A model generated the notes under the pieces. It did no database searches and had not been told where the DNA came from. It worked only from the letters and a program-made list of their open reading frames with translations. Positions 46,500 to 55,457 of a DNA stretch of 64,000 nt are shown in pieces. The translations under genes were made by a program, and so were the position numbers. Within the stretch, counting starts at the first letter, position 1; every line of letters begins with the position of its first letter. The stretch is from an uncultured Myxococcales bacterium (lineage in GTDB: Bacteria > Myxococcota_A > UBA9160 > UBA4427), in contig CBFDDD010000016.1 in NCBI GenBank assembly GCA_965603475.1, positions 75 to 64,074 of the forward strand, read 5' to 3'.

Positions 46500-47984
46500 A
46501 TGGCTAAGCTTCGGTCTGCCATGGATATCCCGCCGTCAGAGAGACGTGAATGGGCCGGCTTCGGCTCGTCGCTGTGCTCGTCGTGGTCGTGGTCGTGGTC
46601 GTTGTTGATCGGATTGATTCTCGCTGCGGCGTACGCAGCAATCCTGACCGGTTGTGGCGAGTCGACGCCCGGCGCCCGGCCGCCGATTCGCAAGATCGTG
46701 CTGATATCGCTCGATACCCTGCGCGCGGATCATCTGGGTGTCTACGGCTATCCGCGTGAGACGAGCCCGAAGATCGACTCGTTCGCTCGGCAGGCTTTCG
46801 TATTCGACCGGATGCTCGCTCCGGCGCCCAATACGCCGCCATCTCAGATGGCCATGATGACGTCGCTCTACCCCGGCCGACACGGTTTTACAGGCAAGGG
46901 GGACAAGCTGGCCGCCGGAATCGAAACCCTGGCCGAGCGGCTGAGTGCGGCAGGTCTGCGGACAGCGGGCTTCGTCGACGGTGGCTATCTGCATGCGGCC
47001 TTCGGATTCGATCGAGGCTTCGACACCTACAATCATCAAGGGGGCGGGCTTGCGGAGATCCTTCCGCGGGCAACGCGTTGGTTGGATGCGCACGCTGACG
47101 AGCCCTTCTTCCTCTTCCTGCACACCTACGACGTTCACGCACCCTATTCTTCGCCACCCCCTTTCGGCGGAATGTTCCATGAGCAGCCGTATACAGGCAA
47201 TCTCGTCCCTACGGTCGAGCGGCTGGACGCTCTCTTCCTCGAGCAGGCCGAACTCGATCCCGTGGACGTCCAGCACCTCGTTGATAGTTACGATGAGGGC
47301 ATTCGCTACACGGACGCCCAGATTGGGCGGTTCCTCGACGAACTCGAGCGGCGTGGACATTTCGATGACACGTTGATCATCTTGACTTCCGATCATGGTG
47401 AGGAATTCGGCGAACACGGCAGCGTGATCCACTGGCAGCTCTACTTCCAACCGAATTTGCGTATTCCATTGATCGTGCGTCCACCCGGTGGCGCAGAGGG
47501 CCCCTTGCGAATTGCAGCCCCTGCTCAATTGATCGACATCCTGCCGACACTGCTCGCGCTCGTTGGAGCCGATCCCCTGGATGCGGCTCAGGGGCGAAGC
47601 CTGGTGTCGACGATGTCCGCGCGACGGGATGGCGAGAGTGCCTCCCCACTTCGTGAACTCGCAGGTGAAGAGATGGATCGGGTGGCGCTGGGGTGGTGGC
47701 CCGACCCCGAACAGCTTCCCCTACGATCGATCGTGCAAGGTGACTACCAACTCATCTTCAACGAATTCGCCGCCGGCCGGGATGAACTCTATGACGTCGT
47801 CGCAGACCCGATGACCCAGCGCAATCTGGCCCTGCAGAAGCCCGAACTCGCGGCGAAGCTGCGCGAGCTGGGACTTCAAGGGATGCGCGAAAACAGACCG
47901 GTCGAGGCTGGCGAGGAAGTCGGGGAGCTGAATCTCGATCCCGAAGTCCACGATCAACTCAGGGCGCTCGGCTACGAGCGCTAG
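46500..47984 (+). CDS. Sulfatase-like (alkaline-phosphatase superfamily) lipoprotein; start uncertain
   Basis: Lipobox AAILTGC, SLDTLRADHLGVYGY and TSDHGEEFGEHG. The nucleophile-region motif reads NTPPSQMAMMTSLYP (Thr and Gln in place of the Cys/Ser-x-P-x-Arg residues). Confidence 0.75.
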   Translation: MAKLRSAMDIPPSERREWAGFGSSLCSSWSWSWSLLIGLILAAAYAAILTGCGESTPGARPPIRKIVLISLDTLRADHLGVYGYPRETSPKIDSFARQAFVFDRMLAPAPNTPPSQMAMMTSLYPGRHGFTGKGDKLAAGIETLAERLSAAGLRTAGFVDGGYLHAAFGFDRGFDTYNHQGGGLAEILPRATRWLDAHADEPFFLFLHTYDVHAPYSSPPPFGGMFHEQPYTGNLVPTVERLDALFLEQAELDPVDVQHLVDSYDEGIRYTDAQIGRFLDELERRGHFDDTLIILTSDHGEEFGEHGSVIHWQLYFQPNLRIPLIVRPPGGAEGPLRIAAPAQLIDILPTLLALVGADPLDAAQGRSLVSTMSARRDGESASPLRELAGEEMDRVALGWWPDPEQLPLRSIVQGDYQLIFNEFAAGRDELYDVVADPMTQRNLALQKPELAAKLRELGLQGMRENRPVEAGEEVGELNLDPEVHDQLRALGYER

Positions 47985-48056
47985 CGCCCGAACTCGTCAA
48001 ATTCCGAACGCACGCACGCTATGAATGGATGACTGGCCAGTTTCGTCGAATCCCTA

Positions 48057-48095
48057 TTGACAACACTATTGTCAATATGACATTATTATTGTCAT
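48057..48095. promoter_or_regulatory. Tandem palindromic operator/promoter of the MarR operon
   Basis: TTGACAAcactaTTGTCAA (48057-75) and ATGACAttattatTGTCAT (48077-95) lie in an AT-rich island. The second palindrome overlaps ATG 48094. Confidence 0.6.
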
Positions 48096-48531
48096 GTTGA
48101 AGATGACGCCCCTGGAAGAACTGATCGACGAGCTCCGACTCAGCCTTCACCGAGTCACTCGGGTCAGTGAGGAGCTGCATGCCGACGAACCGATATCGAT
48201 CGGCATGCGGGCCGTGCTCGAGTATCTGCTGCGGAACTCGTCTGCGACCGTGCCGACGATTGCACGCAGTCGCGACGTCAGTCGGCAACTGATCCAGACC
48301 CTTGTGAACGAACTCGTCGAGCAACGAATGGTGACGCTCGTCGAAAACCCAGCTCACCGTCGCTCGCCGTTGGTCTCGCTCACGACGAGTGGAGAAAGAA
48401 TGATCCAGCGTATGCGTCGGAGGGAGAGCGAATTCCTCGAATCCATACAGAGCACGATCCCGGAAACGAGGGTCGTATCCGCCACTCGGACGCTACGAGC
48501 GCTTCGCGCGGCCTTCAAAGGAGAGGGGTGA
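48094..48531 (+). CDS. MarR-family transcriptional regulator
   Basis: Winged-helix region VPTIARSRDVSRQLIQTLVNELVEQRMVTLVENPAHRRSPLVSLTTSGE. Confidence 0.8.
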   Translation: MLKMTPLEELIDELRLSLHRVTRVSEELHADEPISIGMRAVLEYLLRNSSATVPTIARSRDVSRQLIQTLVNELVEQRMVTLVENPAHRRSPLVSLTTSGERMIQRMRRRESEFLESIQSTIPETRVVSATRTLRALRAAFKGEG

Positions 48532-49397
48532 TGGACTTCCAGGAGATGATGTTGGAACGAGGAGAGATCCTTCAGTACGGCTTGTTCTTTGGGTTCATGG
48601 TCTTTTTTCTCGTACTCGAGACGATCATTCCCCGTCGGAAAACCCCTATGAATCGGCGTCTGAGGTGGCCGACCAATTTTGGAATGACCGCAACCAATGT
48701 GGTTGCGCTTGGCTTTGTCCCGTTTTCATTTGTCGGAGCGGCTCTATGGGCGCAGGGCGCACACATTGGACTCTTCAATCTCATCGAGCTGTCCCCTTGG
48801 ATGCTGATTCCGTTGACCCTGCTGTTGCGCGGACTGATCTCCACTGGGACTCACATGATCAATCACAAAGTTCCGTGGCTCTGGCGCATTCATCGCGTTC
48901 ATCACCTCGATACGGAAATAGACGTGACGTCGACCGTCCGTTTCCACCCACTCGAATTCTTGATCAACCCCTTCATTGGAGTGCCCGTGGTTCTGTTATT
49001 CGGATTACCAGCCTGGATCCTCGCCGCCTACGAACTCCTGGATGTCGTGATCACGCTCTTTTCCCATTCAGACCTGCGCGTTGGTACAAAACTGAATAGC
49101 GTCTTGCGTTACGTGATCGTGACGCCAGACCTGCATCGGATTCATCATTCGTCGTGGCAGCCTGAGACCGATAGTAACTACGGCGCGGTCTTTCCTTTGT
49201 GGGATCTGATATTCGGAACATTTCGTGCCAATCCGAGGGGCCGACATGAATTCATGCAGCTGGGACTGCAGGAACTTCGCGAGCCTGATGCCAATTCCTA
49301 TTTCGGATTGCTGCTCTCACCCATTCGGCGGGACCTGCGAGATAGCGGCGCCGACAGGCTCGGCGAGCCTCAGGCGGGAACCCGGAGCGCTGTATGA
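48528..49397 (+). CDS. Fatty acid hydroxylase/sterol desaturase-superfamily membrane protein
   Basis: His boxes HMINHKVPWLWRIHRVHH, HSD and HRIHHS, plus several TM helices. The start overlaps the marR stop (GTGATG). Confidence 0.75.
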   Translation: MMDFQEMMLERGEILQYGLFFGFMVFFLVLETIIPRRKTPMNRRLRWPTNFGMTATNVVALGFVPFSFVGAALWAQGAHIGLFNLIELSPWMLIPLTLLLRGLISTGTHMINHKVPWLWRIHRVHHLDTEIDVTSTVRFHPLEFLINPFIGVPVVLLFGLPAWILAAYELLDVVITLFSHSDLRVGTKLNSVLRYVIVTPDLHRIHHSSWQPETDSNYGAVFPLWDLIFGTFRANPRGRHEFMQLGLQELREPDANSYFGLLLSPIRRDLRDSGADRLGEPQAGTRSAV

Positions 49398-50038
49398 GTG
49401 CCACCCCGAAAACTTCGGCCCCGTCGGCTCTTCGTCGCCGGCTGGCAGACCAGTTTCACCATCCGCACGGGATGCTAGGGCGGCTGGCGGGATTGATCCT
49501 GGCGAATCGCAAGTCGAACCGACTACGGAACGCGTGGACCGTCGGGCTGCTGGACATTCAACCGACCGACAGCGTTCTCGAACTCGGTTTCGGACCGGGT
49601 GTCTCGATCGCAGCCGCAAGTCGTCTCGCTCCCGAGGGCCGTGTCATCGGGATCGACCATTCGGCAAGCATGCTTCGAGCCGCCACCCGACGGAACAGAT
49701 CAGCCATTCAGTCGGGTCGAGTCGTACTCCACGAGGCGTCTCTGGAGATGCTGCCTGAATTCGAGCGGGTCTTCGACAAGGTATTCGGGGTCAATGCGCT
49801 CCAGTTTGTGAGCGAACCGCTAGAGGTACTGGGCGTAATCCGTGAGCGCATGGCCAGTGGAGCACGTATCGCGATCACTCAACAGTCGCGGCGACCCAAC
49901 GCGACCGATGGTGACTCGGTTCGAGCTGCGGAACGCGTCGGAGAGCTCCTCGAGCAAGTCGGCTTCGATTCGGTTCAGATCGAGACACTGCCGCTTCAGC
50001 CCGTGTGCGCCGCTTGTGTTCTCGCCGTCGCGAATTGA
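49394..50038 (+). CDS. Class I SAM-dependent methyltransferase
   Basis: Motif I VLELGFGPGVS. The start overlaps the upstream stop (ATGA). Confidence 0.75.
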   Translation: MSATPKTSAPSALRRRLADQFHHPHGMLGRLAGLILANRKSNRLRNAWTVGLLDIQPTDSVLELGFGPGVSIAAASRLAPEGRVIGIDHSASMLRAATRRNRSAIQSGRVVLHEASLEMLPEFERVFDKVFGVNALQFVSEPLEVLGVIRERMASGARIAITQQSRRPNATDGDSVRAAERVGELLEQVGFDSVQIETLPLQPVCAACVLAVAN

Positions 50039-50126
50039 GTCGGCCTTTCCACGCATTTCATCGGCAAGCCAGAGTCGCCCGATTTTCAACCTTCGATGCG
50101 GCCCTGATGGACGAGTTCACCCGGGG

Positions 50127-50759
50127 TCATTCGGGGGAGAGTGCTGCGAGCGCGAGCCCGACCGCCATCTCCATATCCCCATCGATCTCGATCTGCCCGT
50201 CGAGAAAGGCATCCTGGGGATCGAGTTCTCCTGCCCGAAGTCGTCCGTAGACTGCTTCGTCGAGTCGAATTGTCGCGCGTGGTTCGGGCTCGGACGTCTC
50301 GATACCGAACGACGCGACGAGCGCGAACCCCCCCGGCCCAACGCGCTCGAAGACGAGACATCCGTCGAGTTCTCGTAGGCTGCGGACTCGCTGGGATGTA
50401 AGGCGCATTTCATCGCCGAGACCGGCCAACCCGCCCAGGAAGCCGAGCAGCGAATCTCCGCATTCACGTCGGATACTCGGGAAGTCTTCGAGCGTATGGC
50501 CCAGAATCAGAAAGGGTGCGCCAGTGGGTGCGTCTACGCATCGCATCTCGCCGCGATCGATCTCGTAGGCATGACGATGAAGCGCGTCGCCGCTGTCGAC
50601 CTGAACGATGATCGCGGTTCGAACCGCTTCCATTTCCTCGAGCAGCCGTGCCGCAGCGGGATCGTCGCGCGCGGCCGCACGCTGGCTTTCCAGGGTACGG
50701 TTGAACTGTTCCGGAACGCGTTCTCGGTAAAAGACCTGCTGCTCCTCGAGAAGGTTCAT
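50127..50759 (-). CDS. SCP2 (sterol-carrier-like) domain protein
   Basis: The C-terminal ...YGRLRAGELDPQDAFLDGQIEIDGDMEMAVGL resembles an SCP2 fold. The start overlaps the mltG stop. Confidence 0.55.
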   Translation of the reverse strand: MNLLEEQQVFYRERVPEQFNRTLESQRAAARDDPAAARLLEEMEAVRTAIIVQVDSGDALHRHAYEIDRGEMRCVDAPTGAPFLILGHTLEDFPSIRRECGDSLLGFLGGLAGLGDEMRLTSQRVRSLRELDGCLVFERVGPGGFALVASFGIETSEPEPRATIRLDEAVYGRLRAGELDPQDAFLDGQIEIDGDMEMAVGLALAALSPE

Positions 50760-51763
50760 CGTCGACGTCGTCTGCGTTGGAACTGGTCGACCGCCGCTTT
50801 GTGTTCCACGTAGGTCTTCGAAAAAACATGTGTGCCGTCGTTGCGGGATACGAAATACAGGTAGGCCGTATCCGCAGGCTCGAGCACAGCTTGCAGCGCT
50901 TCTCGACCCGGGCTGGCGATCGGGCCGGGCGGCAGTCCGCGGATCCGATAGGTGTTGTAGGGATTGCTGTCGTCCTTCAGGTGTATGCGTCGCAAGTTCC
51001 CGTCGAAGTCCTGGATGCCATAGATCACTGTCGGATCGGTCTCGAGACGCATTCCACGCTTCAGGCGATTCAGAAAGACTGCGGCGATCAGGGGACGCTC
51101 TTCCACTGCGCCCGTTTCCTTCTCGACGATCGAGGCCAACGTGACGAATTCGCGCATCGAGAGCGGAGAGTCGCCCGGTCCGAGGTCGCGATAGACGCGC
51201 AAGAACTCCTCGACCATCGCCTCTGCGATCCGCTCCGGGGGGAGACCGCGCGAGAAGCGGTAGGTATCGGGATAGAGGTATCCCTCGAGACTCGAGCCCT
51301 CGACACCCAGTCGAATGGGTGTCTCCGGGTCGAAGACGACGTCGAGAAACGCCTCGCGATCGGCGAGACCAGCGGCTGCGAGCCGATCGGCGATCTCGCT
51401 GGCCCGCTGGCCCTCCGGAATCACGACGGCGTGTGTGCGGACTCGACCCTGCGCGAGGGTTTCGAGGATTTGCTTCGTGGATTGCGCGGCAGAGAGCTCG
51501 TACTCGCCAACCTTGATCCGTGAAGACAGATCCTCGGCCTCAGCGAACCAACGGGTCACTTTCGCGTTCCGGATCAGGCCCTTCGCTTCGAGTGCGTTGA
51601 CCACACGCGTGAGCGAGTCACCCGGCTCGACTTCGAATGCGACAAGGCTCGCTTGCCCTCCGTCTTCCTCGACCGGGGCGAGTGAGCGCTGAACCCAGAG
51701 CCATCCACCGGCGGCAAGGATGATTCCGCCGACCGCGGCACGGACCAACGCCTTTCTCATCAT
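50756..51763 (-). CDS. mltG: Endolytic murein transglycosylase MltG (YceG-like)
   Basis: TM anchor MMRKALVRAAVGGIILAAGGWLWV, ASIVEKETGAVEERPLIAAVFLNRL and YNTYRIRGLPPGPIASPG. ATG at 51763. Confidence 0.85.
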   Translation of the reverse strand: MMRKALVRAAVGGIILAAGGWLWVQRSLAPVEEDGGQASLVAFEVEPGDSLTRVVNALEAKGLIRNAKVTRWFAEAEDLSSRIKVGEYELSAAQSTKQILETLAQGRVRTHAVVIPEGQRASEIADRLAAAGLADREAFLDVVFDPETPIRLGVEGSSLEGYLYPDTYRFSRGLPPERIAEAMVEEFLRVYRDLGPGDSPLSMREFVTLASIVEKETGAVEERPLIAAVFLNRLKRGMRLETDPTVIYGIQDFDGNLRRIHLKDDSNPYNTYRIRGLPPGPIASPGREALQAVLEPADTAYLYFVSRNDGTHVFSKTYVEHKAAVDQFQRRRRRR

Positions 51764-51785
51764 CGAAATCGACTCCAGGCTCGCA

Positions 51786-52244
51786 TCAACGGGAACGCTC
51801 GTCGCCGTTTCGGTTCGCGCTGTCCAGCGTACGTCGAGCAAGATAGGTACGCAAAATGATAGAGGCCGCCATTTCATCCACGGCACCCTTCTTTCGTCTC
51901 TTGGCGCCACGCTTTCCCGAAGCGGGTTGCAGTAGTCGCTCCGCCTCTCGAGACGTCCAACGTTCGTCGAGGGTATCGACCGGAATTTCGGCGGCCTTAC
52001 TCAGATCCGCGGCGAATCGGATCGCCTTCTCCGCTTCGGGACCGCGGCGGCCGTCCATGTGAATCGGGAGACCCAGGACCGCTCGGCCGATCTGCTTTTC
52101 GACGATCAATTCACGAAGCGCGTCGATATCCCGCTTCCGCCCGCGGCTATCCAGTATCCCAGCGGGAAACGCGAACTCCTCTTCCTCGTCGGAGATCGCG
52201 AGTCCGATTCGTTTGCTGCCAAGATCGACGCCGAGTACACGCAC
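51786..52244 (-). CDS. ruvX: Putative pre-16S rRNA nuclease / Holliday-junction resolvase-like RuvX (YqgF)
   Basis: VRVLGVDLGSKRIGLAISD...PVDTLDERWTSREAE. GTG 52244 is in frame. The upstream 213 codons of the ORF look non-coding. Confidence 0.8.
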   Translation of the reverse strand: MRVLGVDLGSKRIGLAISDEEEEFAFPAGILDSRGRKRDIDALRELIVEKQIGRAVLGLPIHMDGRRGPEAEKAIRFAADLSKAAEIPVDTLDERWTSREAERLLQPASGKRGAKRRKKGAVDEMAASIILRTYLARRTLDSANRNGDERSR

Positions 52245-52334
52245 AGCGCGGAGTGTAGCGATTCGCGGGGTGCGTCGTTCGCTGGCTGGTCTTCTCTGCT
52301 GGGGAGTAGGCAAGGAGGAGCCTACCATGCGCCC

Positions 52335-53351
52335 ATGAAGATCTATACGACCGCTCCCCTCGAAGACCCACGCGACGCGGGAGAATGCTTTCGGCATCTC
52401 GAAGAGATCGGTTATGACGGTGCGTTCAGTTTCGAGGCGAAACACGATCCCTTCCTCCCCTTGGTGTCCGCGGCGGAAACGACTCGTACACTTCAACTGG
52501 GGACCGCAGTCGCGATTGCCTTTGCGCGCAATCCGATGAACCTGGCCAATCTCGCCTATGGGATCCAGTCTATTTCCGAGGGACGCTTCATCCTTGGACT
52601 CGGATCTCAGATCCGTCCGCATATCCAGAACCGGTTCAGTATGCCGTGGTCCAGGCCCGCGAAGCGTATGCGAGAGATCGTGCTTGCGATCAAGGCAATC
52701 TTCGCGCGCTGGGAAGGACTCGAGCCGCTCGATTTTCGAGGTGAGTTCTATCGTCACACCCTGATGATTCCCGCTTTCGATCCTGGGCCGAATCCCTTCG
52801 GTCCCCCGCCGATCTATGTGGGCGGATTTGGTCCGTTGATGACCGAAGTGGCTGGTGAAGTCGCTGATGGCTTCTTCGGTCATCCGTTCAATACTCGAAA
52901 ATCGCTAGAGACGAACACGTTGCCGGCGATCGACCGTGGACTCGCACGATCGGGACGGACTCGCGAAGACATGAATCTGATCCTCGCCACCATGGTCGTG
53001 ACGGGAGATACCGAGGAAGCGTTCGAGCAGTCGAAGCTCGCCGCGCGCAAGCATCTTGCGTTCTATGGCTCGACGCCTGCGTATCGTCCAACGCTCGATT
53101 GTCACGGCTGGGGTGATTTGCATGTCGAGCTGAATCGAATGTCGAAAGAGAACCGCTGGGACGAAATGTCCGACTTGATCGAGGACGAGGTCCTCGAAGA
53201 GATTGCCGTAGTCGGTCCTCGCAAGGAGATCGCCGTGAAGCTGAGCGTGCGACTCGCCGAAATCGCCGACGGCGTCAGTCTGACGCACAACCGTGCGCCG
53301 GATCCGGAGCAGTGGGCAGATATCGTCGCGGACCTCAAGGGCGGCGCGTAG
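52335..53351 (+). CDS. Luciferase-like monooxygenase (LLM) class oxidoreductase, probably F420-dependent
   Basis: MKIYTTAPLEDPRD...YDGAFSFEAKHDPFLPL...GRFILGLGSQIRPHIQNRF resembles the TIM-barrel LLM F420 family. ATG at 52335. Confidence 0.65.
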   Translation: MKIYTTAPLEDPRDAGECFRHLEEIGYDGAFSFEAKHDPFLPLVSAAETTRTLQLGTAVAIAFARNPMNLANLAYGIQSISEGRFILGLGSQIRPHIQNRFSMPWSRPAKRMREIVLAIKAIFARWEGLEPLDFRGEFYRHTLMIPAFDPGPNPFGPPPIYVGGFGPLMTEVAGEVADGFFGHPFNTRKSLETNTLPAIDRGLARSGRTREDMNLILATMVVTGDTEEAFEQSKLAARKHLAFYGSTPAYRPTLDCHGWGDLHVELNRMSKENRWDEMSDLIEDEVLEEIAVVGPRKEIAVKLSVRLAEIADGVSLTHNRAPDPEQWADIVADLKGGA

Positions 53352-53404
53352 AAATGATGGCGAAGCGCTTGGGTCAACCGGCAACGAGGTTGCGGCGAGC
53401 CCAA

Positions 53405-55147
53405 TCAACGCGGGGTACGGATTTCGTCGAGATGCGTTTGGGCGCGATCGCGTACGGGGCGTGCGCCATGACGTGCCGCCCGTTCGATGCTTCGTCGAGC
53501 TTCTTTGGTCGGCAGAATCGCGAGTGCATCGATCGCCGCGAGCTGAATTGCATGGTGATGCGCGCGCCGCAGCATCGGCTTTCGTTCGAGAATTGCGGAG
53601 AGTCGCGGAACGACGCGTTCATCTCCGATGCGTCCGAGCACCTCGATCAGTGCACGGCTCGCGTTCGTTCGGTTCGTGCGCAAGCTTGCGGAGAGCACAT
53701 CGAGCAGCACGGGGACCGCGTCGCTGCCTTCGGAATTCGCGACGGCCTCGGTTGCGGCGACGACGATTTCCTCGAAGTTGCTTTCGAGCGCGCCTGCCAG
53801 GACGTTCTTCGACTCTTCGCCCGGTAGGAGGCTGAGGGCGCGGATCGTTTCGATGCGTCGCGAGAGGTCCGAAGTACGGAGTACGTTCGTGAGAGCCGGC
53901 AGCACGGCTGGATTCTGGAGTTCACCGGCCAACCGGATGCCGATCTGTGCGCGCCGATCGTTGGCGCCTTCGATCGCCTCGATCAGGGTTGGAATCGACG
54001 CCTCTCCAAGGGCGAGCACGAGGGAATGGAGGGGTGCCGATTGGTCCGGATCTTGTTCCTCACAGATACGATCAACAAGGGCGGGAACGACGCCTGAGCC
54101 CAACTGGAGCAAGAGCTGTGCGGCTCGTATGCCGGCTCCTCCCGGTCCGGTCGCGCGACGGATCAGGTCGCCCAATCGATCACCATTTGCGAGATCTGCG
54201 AAACAGGCGGCGGCCGTGCGGGCCTGGGCTTCCGGACGTCCGCCGCGGCCCACAGCGTGGTCGGCCAGGACGAGCAGTGCGCGATAGCACTCATCGCTGA
54301 GCCCGTCGTTCCAGAGATCCAGGGCCCAGATCGTAATGTCGGATGAGCGGCGCTGGTAGGCCCTATCCTCGACGGTTCGGTCGAGTTCGATCAGACGGGC
54401 CCGCAGGCGTTCGCCTCGATCGTCGGCTGCTGGGGCAAGCAGGGGATCGGTGTCGAGAGTGGGTTTGTCCTCTTGCGATTCGATGTCCACGACGGGTTCA
54501 CCACCGTGTTCGTTCGAGAGCAGTACCGAGCCGAGGGAGGCCGATGCGCGAGGGGGTGTCGCGCTCAGCTTGGGGGTTGTTTCCGTATGCTGGTCGTCGA
54601 TGTCGTTCAGTCGGAGTCCTTGGGTATCTCGTGCGCCGAGAGCTCGGGCGAAATCCTTCGCGCTATCGAATCGATTACAGGGTTGGCCAAGCAGGTCGAA
54701 GAGCCCGTGCAGCGCGTTGCCGGTCAGACTCTGATCGATGCAAAGGCGGTTGAGGCCATGGCTGCGCAACGCGGCCTCCAGCGGACCAAGGACGGCATCG
54801 GATTCGATCGTCTCGGAGAGCCCCGCCACACAAAAGCCGGCCTCTGTGAGCTGGAGGTCGATTTCACCGGATCGAGACAGGTCTCCGGACACCGCTCGGA
54901 AGGCTCGATCGAGCAGGCGCCGACGTTGCACGTCGGTCTCGCTATAGAAGGAAAATCCCCTCAAAGCGCGCGTCAGTTCCAACAGGAGGCTCGTCACGTC
55001 TGTTTTCGTGCGTGTGGCGCGGCCGACGGCCGCTCTGGCCGGCGCGATGCTCGCGTTGTCGATGTTGGGTTCTGAATTGCGCATTGGGTTCGCATTCCCA
55101 TCGGCTTTGGGGCCCGCTGGCTGAACACGTGCGGGCTGTGGATCCAA
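53405..55147 (-). CDS. HEAT/PBS-lyase-repeat protein; start uncertain (TTG 55147 or ATG 55084)
   Basis: The C-terminal half has repeated ~30-aa helical units (AVPALVDRI..., AVLPALTNVL..., AVPVLLDVL..., VVPRLSAIL...). Confidence 0.6.
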   Translation of the reverse strand: MDPQPARVQPAGPKADGNANPMRNSEPNIDNASIAPARAAVGRATRTKTDVTSLLLELTRALRGFSFYSETDVQRRRLLDRAFRAVSGDLSRSGEIDLQLTEAGFCVAGLSETIESDAVLGPLEAALRSHGLNRLCIDQSLTGNALHGLFDLLGQPCNRFDSAKDFARALGARDTQGLRLNDIDDQHTETTPKLSATPPRASASLGSVLLSNEHGGEPVVDIESQEDKPTLDTDPLLAPAADDRGERLRARLIELDRTVEDRAYQRRSSDITIWALDLWNDGLSDECYRALLVLADHAVGRGGRPEAQARTAAACFADLANGDRLGDLIRRATGPGGAGIRAAQLLLQLGSGVVPALVDRICEEQDPDQSAPLHSLVLALGEASIPTLIEAIEGANDRRAQIGIRLAGELQNPAVLPALTNVLRTSDLSRRIETIRALSLLPGEESKNVLAGALESNFEEIVVAATEAVANSEGSDAVPVLLDVLSASLRTNRTNASRALIEVLGRIGDERVVPRLSAILERKPMLRRAHHHAIQLAAIDALAILPTKEARRSIERAARHGARPVRDRAQTHLDEIRTPR

Positions 55148-55389
55148 ATCTCACAATTTTCGTCAAATTTTCGCCTTTCGGATTGACGCTATCCGAAACC
55201 GATCGCTACTTTCCGCTGTGAATCGACGCCCCCCCGCGACGAAGAAACCGCGTTCTCCACGCAGTGTTCCCAAATAGGTGGGTTTTCCCATCAAGATCGA
55301 ACTCGAAATCGAAGAAGCCCCCGAACTCGATGCGTTCTGTGGAGGGTTTGGGGCGGCTGGGAGCGCCGGGGCTGGGGCTGTTCCCAATT

Positions 55390-55440
55390 CCGCCACCGCC
55401 ACCGCCACCGCCACGAACGTGGGTGTGGGTGTGGGTGTTG
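55390..55440. repeat. Back-to-back hexamer arrays (GCCACC)x4 and (GTGGGT)x3 forming an imperfect hairpin
   Basis: ccgccaccgccaccgccaccgccac-gaac-gtgggtgtgggtgtgggtg. The arms pair 4 of every 6 positions. Confidence 0.85.
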
Positions 55441-55457
55441 ATGTTGTAGTCGCTCCG

